Shown in pieces: positions 1 to 11,466 of a stretch of 64,000 nt of DNA. A program made the position numbers and the translations under genes. Source of the DNA: Escherichia coli (GTDB lineage: Bacteria > Pseudomonadota > Gammaproteobacteria > Enterobacterales > Enterobacteriaceae); assembly GCF_030384885.1 (NCBI RefSeq), contig NZ_CP128613.1, one strand, 5' to 3'. The notes below the pieces were generated by a model, which did not search any database, was not told the origin of the DNA, and saw only the letters and a list, made by a program, of their open reading frames with translations. How positions within the stretch are numbered: the stretch's first letter is position 1; each line of letters starts with the position of its first letter.

Positions 1-522
1 TCAAAAGCCACGCCGCTTGGCGCGGTGACTAAGTTTGGCGAGCACGGCAAACGTAAAGCGCGTAAAGATCTTGGCGTCAGTATGATGATGTACGGTCATG
101 TTTATGTGGCGCAGATTTCTCTCGGCGCGCAGCTCAACCAGACGGTGAAAGCGATTCAGGAAGCGGAAGCGTATCCGGGGCCATCGCTGATCATCGCTTA
201 TAGCCCGTGTGAAGAGCATGGTTACGATCTGGCACTCAGTCACGACCAGATGCGCCAACTCACTGCTACCGGCTTCTGGCCGCTATATCGCTTTGATCCG
301 CGTCGTGCCGATGAAGGCAAACTGCCGCTGGCGCTGGATTCACGCCCGCCGTCAGAAGCACTGGAAGAAACGTTACTTCACGAGCAGCGTTTCCGTCGTC
401 TGAATTCGCAGCAGCCAGAAGTGGCAGAACAGTTATGGAAAGATGCCGCAGCTGATTTGCAAAAACGCTATGACTTCCTGGCACAAATGGCCGGAAAAGC
501 GGAAAAAAGCAACACCGATTAA
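1..522 (+). CDS. ydbK: Pyruvate:flavodoxin/ferredoxin oxidoreductase, C-terminal fragment (gene begins left of the window)
   Basis: Frame 1 is open from base 1 to TAA 520-522. The translation (..AYSPCEEHGYDLALSHDQMRQLTATGFWPLYRFDPRR..) is recognised as the C-terminus of E. coli YdbK. Its position next to micC-ompN fits the E. coli map. Confidence 0.9.
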   Translation, partial: SKATPLGAVTKFGEHGKRKARKDLGVSMMMYGHVYVAQISLGAQLNQTVKAIQEAEAYPGPSLIIAYSPCEEHGYDLALSHDQMRQLTATGFWPLYRFDPRRADEGKLPLALDSRPPSEALEETLLHEQRFRRLNSQQPEVAEQLWKDAAADLQKRYDFLAQMAGKAEKSNTD

Positions 523-551
523 ATGCTCTGGATAAGGATTATCCAATTCTA

Positions 552-660
552 AAAAAAAGCCCGGACGACTGTTCGGGCTTGTCTTTTTATATGTTGGAAA
601 ATCAGTGGCAATGCAATGGCCCAACAGAAAATAAAATCTGTGACAATAAAGGCATATAAC
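552..660 (-). ncRNA. micC: MicC Hfq-dependent sRNA (ompC repressor), divergent from ompN
   Basis: The reverse complement reads GTTATATGCCTTTATTGTCACAGATTTTATTTTCTGTTGGGCC...AAGCCCGAACAGTCGTCCGGGCTTTTTTTT, which I recognise as MicC including its GC hairpin and U-tract. This is its classic site between ompN and ydbK. The hairpin can also terminate ydbK. Confidence 0.9.
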
Positions 661-887
661 CCGCGCAGAATAACGTATAGCAAATTAAAAGTATAATTTT
701 TATTTTGTATGTATTACCTTCAATACATTCACCATACTTATTATCATTTCATAAGAATTATTTGATTAAGATTTAACTTAAGGCGTAACAAATGATATTT
801 ATCGGCTAACGGAACTTCTCCTTTAGGATGTTTTTACTCCCCGAAGCCGGGGTAAAAGGCAAATAAAATAACTAAAGGATTTATTCA

Positions 888-2021
888 ATGAAAAGCAAAG
901 CACTGGCACTCTTAATTCCGTCCCTGCTTGCAGCAGGTGCTGCACATGCAGCCGAAGTTTATAATAAAGACGGCAACAAATTAGATCTGTATGGCAAAGT
1001 TGATGGCCTGCATTATTTTTCTGATAATTCAGCGAAAGATGGCGACCAGAGCTATGCGCGTCTGGGTTTTAAAGGCGAAACCCAAATTAACGATCAACTT
1101 ACTGGCTACGGTCAATGGGAATACAATATTCAGGCAAACAACACTGAATCTTCAAAAAACCAGTCATGGACCCGTCTGGCATTTGCCGGACTGAAATTTG
1201 CAGATTACGGTTCTTTCGATTACGGACGTAATTATGGCGTAATGTACGACATCGAAGGCTGGACCGATATGCTGCCTGAATTTGGCGGTGACTCTTATAC
1301 CAATGCAGACAACTTTATGACTGGTCGTGCCAATGGCGTCGCGACTTATCGTAACACTGATTTCTTCGGTCTGGTAAATGGTCTGAACTTCGCGGTGCAG
1401 TATCAAGGTAACAACGAAGGAGCCAGTAATGGTCAGGAAGGCACCAACAACGGACGTGATGTTCGCCATGAAAACGGTGACGGCTGGGGTCTTTCCACAA
1501 CATATGATTTAGGCATGGGCTTTAGCGCTGGTGCGGCATACACCTCTTCTGACCGCACCAATGACCAGGTTAACCATACTGCGGCGGGTGGTGATAAAGC
1601 AGACGCGTGGACTGCTGGGCTAAAATACGATGCTAACAATATTTACCTGGCAACCATGTATTCAGAAACGCGTAATATGACCCCGTTTGGCGACAGCGAT
1701 TATGCTGTTGCAAACAAAACCCAGAACTTTGAAGTCACTGCACAGTACCAGTTTGATTTTGGTCTGCGTCCGGCAGTCTCTTTCCTGATGTCTAAAGGCC
1801 GTGACCTGCACGCTGCCGGTGGTGCAGACAACCCGGCAGGTGTTGATGATAAAGATCTGGTAAAATACGCCGATGTTGGCGCGACTTACTATTTCAATAA
1901 AAATATGTCCACTTACGTTGACTATAAAATCAACCTGTTGGATGAAGATGACAGCTTCTACGCTGCCAACGGCATCTCTACCGATGATATTGTCGCTTTA
2001 GGTCTGGTTTATCAGTTCTAA
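888..2021 (+). CDS. ompN: Outer-membrane general porin OmpN (OmpC/OmpF family)
   Basis: 377-aa ORF. It has a signal peptide [37 protein letters not shown], a porin C-terminus ..ALGLVYQF, and a hairpin terminator downstream. It looks like an allele divergent from the K-12 sequence as I recall it. Confidence 0.92.
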   Translation: MKSKALALLIPSLLAAGAAHAAEVYNKDGNKLDLYGKVDGLHYFSDNSAKDGDQSYARLGFKGETQINDQLTGYGQWEYNIQANNTESSKNQSWTRLAFAGLKFADYGSFDYGRNYGVMYDIEGWTDMLPEFGGDSYTNADNFMTGRANGVATYRNTDFFGLVNGLNFAVQYQGNNEGASNGQEGTNNGRDVRHENGDGWGLSTTYDLGMGFSAGAAYTSSDRTNDQVNHTAAGGDKADAWTAGLKYDANNIYLATMYSETRNMTPFGDSDYAVANKTQNFEVTAQYQFDFGLRPAVSFLMSKGRDLHAAGGADNPAGVDDKDLVKYADVGATYYFNKNMSTYVDYKINLLDEDDSFYAANGISTDDIVALGLVYQF

Positions 2022-2029
2022 ATCCTCCT

Positions 2030-2053
2030 GCCCGCTGTTATGGCGGGCTTTTT
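2030..2053 (+). terminator. Intrinsic terminator of ompN
   Basis: Stem gcccgc/gcgggc with a 7-nt loop, followed by ttttt, immediately after the ompN stop. Confidence 0.8.
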
Positions 2054-2080
2054 CTGCTTATTCTTCCTCCTTTGATCTAA

Positions 2081-2596
<516 letters not shown>

Positions 2597-2603
2597 CACT
2601 AAC

Positions 2604-2628
2604 GCCCGCACATTGCTGCGGGCTTTTT
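2604..2628 (+). terminator. Intrinsic terminator of uspF
   Basis: Stem gcccgca/tgcgggc with a 6-nt loop, followed by ttttt. Confidence 0.8.
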
Positions 2629-2771
2629 GATTCATTTCGCAAATGTGCTGACATTTTCCCCTCTAATCCGTACCATACACGCCACAGTTTTTATATCAGA
2701 TTTCTTATGCTGGGCGTTCCGGCATGACGCATACTCTTCTGATGCCATATAACGAATTGAGTCGCTTTTAA

Positions 2772-3707
2772 ATGTCGCAAAATCAAGAAATTAGTAAGAA
2801 AGAACAATACAATCTGAACAAATTACAAAAACGTCTGCGTCGTAACGTGGGCGAAGCCATTGCTGACTTCAATATGATTGAAGAAGGCGATCGCATCATG
2901 GTTTGCCTCTCCGGGGGTAAAGACAGCTATACCATGCTGGAGATTCTGCGCAATTTGCAGCAAAGCGCGCCAATCAATTTTTCGCTGGTGGCTGTTAACC
3001 TCGATCAAAAGCAACCGGGCTTCCCGGAACACGTTCTGCCCGAGTATCTTGAAAAGCTGGGCATTGAGTACAAGATTGTGGAAGAGAACACTTACGGTAT
3101 CGTGAAAGAGAAGATTCCGGAGGGCAAAACCACTTGCTCACTGTGTTCTCGTCTTCGTCGCGGAATTCTTTACCGTACCGCAACGGAACTGGGAGCGACG
3201 AAGATCGCGCTGGGTCACCATCGTGACGATATCCTGCAAACGTTGTTCTTAAATATGTTCTACGGCGGCAAGATGAAAGGTATGCCTCCGAAACTGATGA
3301 GCGATGATGGCAAACATATTGTGATTCGTCCGCTGGCCTACTGCCGCGAGAAAGATATTCAGCGCTTTGCCGATGCAAAAGCGTTCCCGATTATTCCGTG
3401 CAACCTGTGCGGTTCACAACCTAACCTGCAACGTCAGGTGATTGCTGACATGTTGCGTGACTGGGATAAACGTTATCCGGGGCGTATCGAGACGATGTTC
3501 AGCGCGATGCAGAATGTGGTGCCGTCGCATCTGTGCGATACCAACCTGTTCGATTTCAAAGGCATTACCCACGGTTCTGAAGTGGTTAACGGGGGTGATC
3601 TGGCGTTTGATCGCGAAGAGATCCCTCTACAACCGGCGGGTTGGCAGCCTGAAGAAGATGAAAATCAGTTGGATGAGTTACGACTGAATGTGGTTGAAGT
3701 GAAATAA
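2772..3707 (+). CDS. ttcA: tRNA-cytidine(32) 2-sulfurtransferase TtcA, uninterrupted form
   Basis: 311-aa ORF with the PP-loop motif CLSGGKDS and CxxC pairs ([16 protein letters not shown]). Recognised as TtcA. Confidence 0.95.
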   Translation: MSQNQEISKKEQYNLNKLQKRLRRNVGEAIADFNMIEEGDRIMVCLSGGKDSYTMLEILRNLQQSAPINFSLVAVNLDQKQPGFPEHVLPEYLEKLGIEYKIVEENTYGIVKEKIPEGKTTCSLCSRLRRGILYRTATELGATKIALGHHRDDILQTLFLNMFYGGKMKGMPPKLMSDDGKHIVIRPLAYCREKDIQRFADAKAFPIIPCNLCGSQPNLQRQVIADMLRDWDKRYPGRIETMFSAMQNVVPSHLCDTNLFDFKGITHGSEVVNGGDLAFDREEIPLQPAGWQPEEDENQLDELRLNVVEVK

Positions 3708-3790
3708 CCCGGATAGCGCCCGATGCGCAAGCTTATCGGGCTACTCTTATGGAGGCCGGATAAGACGCGGCCAGCGTCGCATCCGGCAAT
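3708..3790. repeat. REP/BIME palindromic units between convergent ttcA and dbpA
   Basis: Contains gccggataagacgcggccagcgtcgcatccggc (3755-3787) and a second degenerate unit, cccggatagcgcccgatgcgcaagcttatcggg. These match the typical E. coli REP consensus (GCCGGATAAG...CATCCGGC). Confidence 0.85.
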
Positions 3791-3835
3791 CCCGAAGAAG
3801 ATGTTTACTCTTGCACCCTGCGATTCAACATTTCA

Positions 3836-5209
3836 TTATTTTAATAACCGCACCCGGCACGTTTTTCCTTTAATCTTCCCGCCCTGTAACTGTTTCCATG
3901 CTTTATGAGCAACAGCCTGACGCACCGCAACATAGACATGCGCCGGATGCACGGCGATTTTGCCAATATCTGCGCCATCAAGCCCGATATCTCCTGTCAG
4001 CGCACCTAATACATCACCCGGGCGCATTTTGGCTTTTTTCCCGCCATCGATACATAACGTTGCCATTTCTGCTTCCAGCGGCACAATGGAACTATTAACT
4101 GGCGGCGTTTGCCAGTTAAGTTTTATCTGCAACATGTCAGAAATGATATTGGCCCGCTGTGCTTCTTCCGGGGCACAGAAACTGATCGCCAGACCGCTAT
4201 TTCCTGCACGCGCTGTACGCCCGATGCGATGTACATGAACTTCAGGGTCCCACGCCAGTTCAAAGTTCACTACCAGCTCAAGCGATTTAATATCAAGACC
4301 ACGCGCAGCAACATCCGTCGCAACCAGCACACGAGCGCTACCGTTAGCAAAACGTACCAGGGTCTGATCGCGGTCACGTTGCTCCAGATCGCCATGTAAC
4401 GACAATGCACTTTGCCCTATGTCATTCAGCGCGTCGCAGACAGCCTGACAATCTTTTTTGGTATTGCAAAACACCACGCAAGAGGATGGCTGATGCAAAC
4501 TTAATAACCGTTGCAACAGCGGAATTTTGCCTTTGCTGGATGTCTCATAAAATTGTTGTTCAATGGGAGGCAGAGCATCTGTTGAGTCAATTTCAATCGC
4601 CAATGGATCGCGTTGCACTCGTCCGCTGATTGCGGTGATGGCTTCCGGCCAGGTTGCCGAAAACAGAAGCGTCTGTCGAGATGCTGGCGCAAAACGGATA
4701 ACATCATCAATGGCATCGCTAAATCCCATATCCAGCATGCGATCGGCTTCATCCATCACCAGCATATTCAACGCATCCAGTGATACCGTGCCTTTTTGCA
4801 GATGGTCCAGCAAACGACCCGGGGTTGCCACGATAATATGCGGCGCATGTTGCAACGAATCACGCTGCATACCGAACGGTTGACCACCGCACAAAGTCAA
4901 AATTTTGGTATTTGGCAGAAAACGCGCCAGCCGACGCAATTCACCTGCCACCTGATCCGCCAGTTCACGCGTAGGGCACAGCACTAAAGCCTGGGTCTGA
5001 AATAGCGACGCATCAATTTTCTGTAGCAGCCCGAGGCCAAAAGCCGCCGTTTTGCCGCTGCCGGTTTTCGCCTGCACGCGAACATCTTTTCCGGCAAGGA
5101 TCGCCGGAAGCGCGGCGGCCTGCACCGGCGTCATAGTTAAATAACCCAACTCATTAAGGTTCGTGAGTTGGGCGGGAGGCAAAACATTCAGGGTAGAAAA
5201 AGCGGTCAC
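3836..5209 (-). CDS. dbpA: ATP-dependent 23S rRNA-specific DEAD-box RNA helicase DbpA
   Basis: 457-aa ORF with a GTG start. Motifs present are AKTGSGKT, VMDEAD, SAT and HRIGRTARAG. Recognised as DbpA. Confidence 0.95.
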   Translation of the reverse strand: MTAFSTLNVLPPAQLTNLNELGYLTMTPVQAAALPAILAGKDVRVQAKTGSGKTAAFGLGLLQKIDASLFQTQALVLCPTRELADQVAGELRRLARFLPNTKILTLCGGQPFGMQRDSLQHAPHIIVATPGRLLDHLQKGTVSLDALNMLVMDEADRMLDMGFSDAIDDVIRFAPASRQTLLFSATWPEAITAISGRVQRDPLAIEIDSTDALPPIEQQFYETSSKGKIPLLQRLLSLHQPSSCVVFCNTKKDCQAVCDALNDIGQSALSLHGDLEQRDRDQTLVRFANGSARVLVATDVAARGLDIKSLELVVNFELAWDPEVHVHRIGRTARAGNSGLAISFCAPEEAQRANIISDMLQIKLNWQTPPVNSSIVPLEAEMATLCIDGGKKAKMRPGDVLGALTGDIGLDGADIGKIAVHPAHVYVAVRQAVAHKAWKQLQGGKIKGKTCRVRLLK

Positions 5210-5239
5210 AATCTGTTCTCGTGGTCATCGACGCAAAAA

Positions 5240-5413
5240 TTAGCAAGCGCGTATCCTCGCAGATCTACGCTCACGATGCGACAATTTAATCGGTTCTTCA
5301 TCGGGTGGTGGGTCAGGCATGGGTTGCGGGCGAGGGATTGGATCGGGCACTGGAACAGGATCGCCAGGAATCGGTTCAGGGACAGGAATTTGCAAATAAA
5401 TGAGTGTCGTCAT
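5240..5413 (-). CDS. Candidate small proline-rich protein (57 aa) just upstream of dbpA
   Basis: Hand translation of the minus strand gives MTTLIYLQIPVPEPIPGDPVPVPDPIPRPQPMPDPPPDEEPIKLSHRERRSARIRAC*. ATG 5413 is preceded by GGAGGG with a 4-nt spacer. It falls below the 60-aa cut-off of the ORF track. Its stop lies 30 nt before the dbpA start. Confidence 0.5.
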   Translation of the reverse strand: MTTLIYLQIPVPEPIPGDPVPVPDPIPRPQPMPDPPPDEEPIKLSHRERRSARIRAC

Positions 5414-5470
5414 ATTTCCCTCCGGTCATTGGGTGGACTCTTAAAGGGTAGACGCTGATATATAACAGGC

Positions 5471-5592
5471 AAAAAAAAGCCGACTCATCAAAGTCGGCGT
5501 CGTACGAATCAATTGTGCTATGCAGTAATTCAAAAAAGGAAGTAAGACAATATGGAGCGCAACGCCCATCGCTTGACGTTGCATTCACCTGC
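5471..5592 (-). ncRNA. fnrS: FnrS, FNR-activated Hfq-dependent sRNA
   Basis: The reverse complement reads GCAGGTGAATGCAACGTCAAGCGATGGGCGTTGCGCTCCATATTGTCTTACTTCC...GCCGACTTTGATGAGTCGGCTTTTTTTT, recognised as FnrS. It lies in the expected zntB-dbpA gap and ends in a terminator hairpin with a U-tract. Confidence 0.9.
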
Positions 5593-5627
5593 AAGAGAGA
5601 TATTGCCCTGAATGGGTAGAGAGTTTA

Positions 5628-5641
5628 TTGACTTCGCTCAA
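5628..5641 (-). promoter_or_regulatory. FNR box of the fnrS promoter
   Basis: The minus strand reads TTGAGcgaaGTCAA (consensus TTGAT-N4-ATCAA). It spans -49 to -36 relative to the FnrS 5' end at 5592, giving class II spacing centred near -42. Confidence 0.8.
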
Positions 5642-5687
5642 ACTTTGCGGCGTTTTTGTATACAGATAGTAGGGAAAATTGCTGTTG

Positions 5688-6692
<1,005 letters not shown>

Positions 6693-6925
6693 TTATTTTG
6701 TAGTCTAGCCTTCTGGCCCTGTTACGCAACATCTCATCACCCCATTACCCTGAAATGATTAATAAAATTCTGTCTAAATTGAATACAAAAAGCAAAATGC
6801 TTTTCCATATACAAACCGTGTGAAGTGTTAAATAGCGTCTATCATTATCAGAATTATCTGATCATATGACGTGGCTTTATTGCGATCGGATAGCAACAAA
6901 AATTGATAAAAATAACGGGATCTCA

Positions 6926-8158
6926 ATGATTACGCACAACTTCAATACCCTGGACTTACTCACCAGTCCTGTCTGGATCGTTTCGCCCTTTGAGGAACAG
7001 TTAATTTATGCCAACAGCGCGGCGCGACTGTTGATGCAAGACCTCACGTTTAGTCAGCTACGAACCGGTCCCTATTCCGTCTCCTCACAAAAAGAACTGC
7101 CGAAATACCTCTCCGATCTGCAAAACCAACACGATATTATCGAAATCCTCACCGTTCAACGTAAAGAAGAGGAAACAGCATTAAGCTGTCGGCTTGTTTT
7201 GCGAGAGCTGACAGAAGCAGAACCGGTGATTATTTTCGAAGGTATCGAAGCACCGGCAACGCTGGGTTTAAAAGCCAGTCGCTCGGCAAATTATCAGCGC
7301 AAAAAACAAGGTTTTTATGCGCGCTTTTTTCTGACTAACTCTGCACCAATGTTGTTGATTGACCCCTCACGAGATGGCCAAATCGTCGATGCTAACCTCG
7401 CCGCGCTCAATTTCTATGGTTATAACCATGAAACGATGTGCCAGAAACATACCTGGGAAATTAATATGCTCGGGCGTCGCGTCATGCCTATCATGCATGA
7501 AATCTCGCATTTACCCGGTGGTCATAAGCCTTTGAATTTTGTTCATAAACTGGCGGATGGTTCGACTCGTCATGTGCAGACCTATGCTGGGCCGATTGAA
7601 ATTTATGGCGACAAGCTCATGTTATGTATTGTGCATGATATTACGGAGCAAAAACGGCTGGAGGAGCAGCTGGAACATGCTGCCCACCATGACGCGATGA
7701 CCGGATTACTGAATCGGCGCCAGTTTTATCACATTACCGAGCCAGGCCAAATGCAGCACCTCGCCATCACTCAGGATTACAGCTTATTGCTCATCGACAC
7801 CGATCGTTTTAAACACATTAACGATCTCTATGGGCATTCTAAAGGTGATGAGGTGTTATGCGCCCTCGCCCGCACTCTCGAAAGTTGCGCTCGCAAAGGC
7901 GATTTGGTGTTTCGTTGGGGAGGCGAAGAGTTTGTCTTATTGCTACCAAGAACCCCACTGGATACCGCGCTTTCGCTGGCTGAAACTATCCGCGTAAGCG
8001 TGACAAAAGTGAGTATTTCGGGCTTACCACGCTTTACCGTCAGCATTGGTGTGGCGCATCACGAAGGAAATGAAAGCATCGATGAACTGTTTAAACGCGT
8101 TGATGATGCTTTGTATCGGGCGAAAAATGATGGACGCAACCGCGTGCTGGCGGCATAA
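6926..8158 (+). CDS. dgcM: Diguanylate cyclase DgcM (PAS-PAS-GGDEF)
   Basis: The ORF-track ORF is trimmed to ATG 6926 (MITHNFNTLDLLTSPVWIV...). The GGDEF active site is RWGGEEFVLLL. Recognised as YdaM/DgcM, 410 aa. Confidence 0.92.
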   Translation: MITHNFNTLDLLTSPVWIVSPFEEQLIYANSAARLLMQDLTFSQLRTGPYSVSSQKELPKYLSDLQNQHDIIEILTVQRKEEETALSCRLVLRELTEAEPVIIFEGIEAPATLGLKASRSANYQRKKQGFYARFFLTNSAPMLLIDPSRDGQIVDANLAALNFYGYNHETMCQKHTWEINMLGRRVMPIMHEISHLPGGHKPLNFVHKLADGSTRHVQTYAGPIEIYGDKLMLCIVHDITEQKRLEEQLEHAAHHDAMTGLLNRRQFYHITEPGQMQHLAITQDYSLLLIDTDRFKHINDLYGHSKGDEVLCALARTLESCARKGDLVFRWGGEEFVLLLPRTPLDTALSLAETIRVSVTKVSISGLPRFTVSIGVAHHEGNESIDELFKRVDDALYRAKNDGRNRVLAA

Positions 8159-8178
8159 GCCGCGGATGCGTCTCGAGA

Positions 8179-8742
8179 TCAACGACTGCGCTTAGCGTGG
8201 CGCTCCCAGTTTTCTTGCTTTGCCTGCGCCGTTTTACGTAGTGCGACGTAACACGCCCCGCTGCCGCCATGATGCGGTAGCGCGGTACAATATGCCTGGA
8301 CATCATCAAATTCGGTCAACCAGCGCGCCACATAGCTGCGGACAATATTGGCATGCGATTTATCTTCCCGCCCTTTACCATGAATAATCAGCACATTACG
8401 CAAACCATCCGCCAGGGCTTGTTGAATGAAACTGAACACCATTTTGCGGCACTCTTCCACCGGCTGGCGCAAAAGATTCAGGCTCGCCTGTTGCGGATAT
8501 TTACCACTGCGCAGCTTATCCAGCACCCCATGTTGCAACCCTTCCCGCCGAAACTCCAGCGGCTGGCTTAGCGGGATGATGTCGAGAAATCCGGTGGTGA
8601 GGAAATTATCAAGTTGCAGCGTGTCGATACGCTGCGGCGCACGTTGGTTACGCGTTGGATGCCAGTGGACATCTGTAGCACGTTTCAGCGGCTGGACATC
8701 TTCCATGGCGTCAAGAAACAGCGATTTGTCGTCAAGGTTCAT
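8179..8742 (-). CDS. smrA: Smr-domain DNA endonuclease SmrA
   Basis: 187-aa ORF with the Smr motif LIIHGKGR. Recognised as YdaL/SmrA. Confidence 0.92.
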   Translation of the reverse strand: MNLDDKSLFLDAMEDVQPLKRATDVHWHPTRNQRAPQRIDTLQLDNFLTTGFLDIIPLSQPLEFRREGLQHGVLDKLRSGKYPQQASLNLLRQPVEECRKMVFSFIQQALADGLRNVLIIHGKGREDKSHANIVRSYVARWLTEFDDVQAYCTALPHHGGSGACYVALRKTAQAKQENWERHAKRSR

Positions 8743-8969
8743 GTTACATCCTCCCGCAATTAAGAGCGCGATATGATAACCAGACCGGGTCGGTCCAACA
8801 ACGTATTACCCAAAATTCCAGTAATAAGTTCCAAATGTTGCCGATATTTTAAGCAAAATGCTTATGCATGATTATTCATTCACGATATTAATAATGTAAC
8901 TTATATTTTCGTGAAATCTGTCACTGAAGAAAATTGGCAACTAAAGGTTAAAACCGTTATAACACAGTC

Positions 8970-9064
8970 ACCGGCGCAGAGGAGACCATGCCGGATTTAA
9001 GACGCGGATGCACTGCTGTGTGTACTGTAGAGTCTGGCGGATGTCGACAGACTCTATTTTTTTA
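8970..9064 (+). ncRNA. mcaS: McaS (IsrA/IS061) sRNA
   Basis: The sequence ACCGGCGCAGAGGAGAC..GCCGGATTTAAGACGCGGATGCACTGCTGTGTGTACTGTAGAGTCTGGCGGATGTCGACAGACTCTATTTTTTT is recognised as McaS. It has a terminal hairpin (agagtctg..cagactct) with a T-run and lies in the abgR-smrA gap as expected. Confidence 0.88.
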
Positions 9065-9071
9065 TGCAGTT

Positions 9072-9980
9072 TTAACTTTGCAGATAGCCGCATTCTCGCC
9101 GAAATTGCGTGATTAATGACGCGGTCAGTGGTGTCTGGCGACTATCACGCCGCTGAATCAAATAATAGGCCGCTTTCGGTAAAATTTCGCTAACCGGCAA
9201 CATCACCAGCCCCTGTCCGTGCAAGGGATCGCAGCCCATTTCTTCAGGTAGTATGCTGAGAAAATCGCTTTTTGCCACCAGACTGATACAGGCTGAAAAC
9301 GTCTCGCAGACTACGCCGACCTGTGGCGTTTGCGCCTGATCGTCAAGCAATTCACTCAACTGTTTGTAGTAGCTGCCGTGTGGCGTCGGCATTGTCCAGC
9401 TGTAGTCCAGTAACTGTTTGATCGAACGGGCACCAATGGCGGGATGTCCCGGGCGGCAAAAGATCGCGAATTGCTTTTCCAGTAATTTCTCAAAAGTAAA
9501 TTCGTGGTCGTAGGGTCCCTGATAATAGGTATTGATGGTGAAATCCAGTTCTCCCTGGCGCAATTCATTAATCATCGACACCAGTTGCCCTTCCATAATG
9601 CGTACTTTTACCTGCGGATGCTGCTGATGAAAACGAGATATGACAGCTGGCATCAGACTGCGGGAAATACTGGCCCCCATGCCGATATTAATTTGCCCTG
9701 CCAGTTGCCCTTGTCGTTGGCGAATATCCTCTTGCGCTGCGCGCAGCTCTTCAAGAATAAGACTGGCGTGCTGATAAAAACTTTCGCCGGCATCAGTTAA
9801 CGTCACGCCTTTACTACGGCGAAAAAAGAGTTGCGCCGCTAACCCTTCTTCCAGCTCCTGAATAGATTTACTCAGTGCCGGTTGCGACATATTCAACATG
9901 CGGCTCGCTCCGCGAATGCTGCCCTGACGAGCCACTTCAACAAAAGCCCGAATTTGATGAATTTTTACCTGAAAAGCCAT
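9072..9980 (-). CDS. abgR: LysR-family regulator AbgR
   Basis: 302-aa ORF with an N-terminal LysR HTH (IRAFVEVARQGSIRGASRMLNMSQPALSKSIQELE). It is divergent from abgABT. Confidence 0.93.
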   Translation of the reverse strand: MAFQVKIHQIRAFVEVARQGSIRGASRMLNMSQPALSKSIQELEEGLAAQLFFRRSKGVTLTDAGESFYQHASLILEELRAAQEDIRQRQGQLAGQINIGMGASISRSLMPAVISRFHQQHPQVKVRIMEGQLVSMINELRQGELDFTINTYYQGPYDHEFTFEKLLEKQFAIFCRPGHPAIGARSIKQLLDYSWTMPTPHGSYYKQLSELLDDQAQTPQVGVVCETFSACISLVAKSDFLSILPEEMGCDPLHGQGLVMLPVSEILPKAAYYLIQRRDSRQTPLTASLITQFRRECGYLQS

Positions 9981-10155
9981 GACGCCACCGATAACCGTTA
10001 TTTATCAGACCAAAGAAACTGGCATCTACTTTAATGCAGATGATTATGTCAGGGTAATTTATGAACGGTTAAAACTGTGAAAAATCAGTTAGTGATAAGT
10101 AAAAACTATCGCTACGTGAACCGGGTCACACTTTTTACTGATGACGGGAAAGGTT

Positions 10156-11466
10156 ATGGAGTCTTTGAATCAATTTATTAATTCGCTTGCCCCAAAATTA
10201 TCGCACTGGCGACGTGATTTTCACCACTATGCAGAGTCTGGCTGGGTGGAATTCCGCACTGCCACCCTTGTTGCGGAAGAATTGCACCAGCTCGGTTATT
10301 CACTGGCGCTGGGCCGCGAAGTCGTTAATGAAAGTAGCCGGATGGGATTACCTGATGAATTCACTCTACAACGCGAATTCGAGCGCGCTCGTCAACAGGG
10401 GGCGCTAGAACAATGGATTGCGGCTTTTGAAGGCGGTTTCACTGGCATCGTCGCCACCCTGGATACCGGTCGCCCCGGTCCGGTGATGGCTTTCCGTGTC
10501 GATATGGACGCGCTGGATCTCAGTGAAGAACGGGATGTCAGCCATCGCCCCTACCGCGACGGTTTTGCGTCATGTAACGCCGGAATGATGCATGCCTGTG
10601 GTCATGATGGACATACCGCTATTGGGCTTGGGCTGGCGCACACCCTTAAACAGTTCGAGTCCGGACTTCACGGCGTCATCAAACTGATTTTTCAGCCTGC
10701 AGAGGAAGGTACGCGTGGCGCGCGGGCGATGGTCGATGCAGGTGTAGTGGATGATGTTGATTATTTTACTGCTGTGCACATTGGCACTGGTGTACCTGCG
10801 GGCACAGTAGTGTGCGGCAGTGATAATTTTATGGCAACAACCAAATTTGACGCGTACTTCACCGGGACCGCCGCTCACGCAGGCGCAAAACCAGAAGATG
10901 GTCACAATGCCTTACTGGCGGCAGCACAAGCAACTCTTGCACTGCATGCAATCGCCCCGCACAGCGAAGGCGCTTCCAGAGTAAACGTGGGCGTTATGCA
11001 GGCAGGAAGCGGTCGTAATGTGGTTCCTGCCTCGGCGTTGCTGAAAGTTGAAACTCGAGGGGTCAGCGACGTCATCAATCAATATGTTTTTGACCGTGCA
11101 CAACAAGCGATTCAGGGCGCAGCAGCCATGTATGGTGTCGGCGTTGAAACTCGGCTGATGGGTGCAGCTACCGCCAGTTCTCCTTCGCCGCAATGGGTCG
11201 CATGGTTACAAAGCCAGGCGGCTCAGGTCGCGGGGGTCAATCAGGCCATTGAACGTGTTGAAGCGCCTGCGGGTTCCGAAGATGCCACATTAATGATGGC
11301 CCGCGTGCAGCGACATCAAGGGCAAGCCTCCTACATGGTATTTGGCACACAGCTGGCGGCAGGTCATCACAACGAAAAATTCGATTTTGACGAGCAGGTT
11401 CTCGCTATTGCCGTCGAAACGCTGGCGCGCACCGCGCTTAATTTTCCCTGGACGCGAGGTATCTGA
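10156..11466 (+). CDS. abgA: p-Aminobenzoyl-glutamate hydrolase subunit A (M20 peptidase family)
   Basis: Trimmed to ATG 10156 (MESLNQFINSLAPKL...), 436 aa. Recognised as AbgA. Its stop overlaps the abgB start (TGATG). Confidence 0.92.
   Translation: MESLNQFINSLAPKLSHWRRDFHHYAESGWVEFRTATLVAEELHQLGYSLALGREVVNESSRMGLPDEFTLQREFERARQQGALEQWIAAFEGGFTGIVATLDTGRPGPVMAFRVDMDALDLSEERDVSHRPYRDGFASCNAGMMHACGHDGHTAIGLGLAHTLKQFESGLHGVIKLIFQPAEEGTRGARAMVDAGVVDDVDYFTAVHIGTGVPAGTVVCGSDNFMATTKFDAYFTGTAAHAGAKPEDGHNALLAAAQATLALHAIAPHSEGASRVNVGVMQAGSGRNVVPASALLKVETRGVSDVINQYVFDRAQQAIQGAAAMYGVGVETRLMGAATASSPSPQWVAWLQSQAAQVAGVNQAIERVEAPAGSEDATLMMARVQRHQGQASYMVFGTQLAAGHHNEKFDFDEQVLAIAVETLARTALNFPWTRGI

Noticed and set aside
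5168-5458. 96-aa plus-strand ORF spanning the dbpA start region.
   Set aside because: It overlaps the dbpA 5' end and is antisense to the better-supported proline-rich small ORF. It has no SD, and its Arg/Trp-rich translation looks random.
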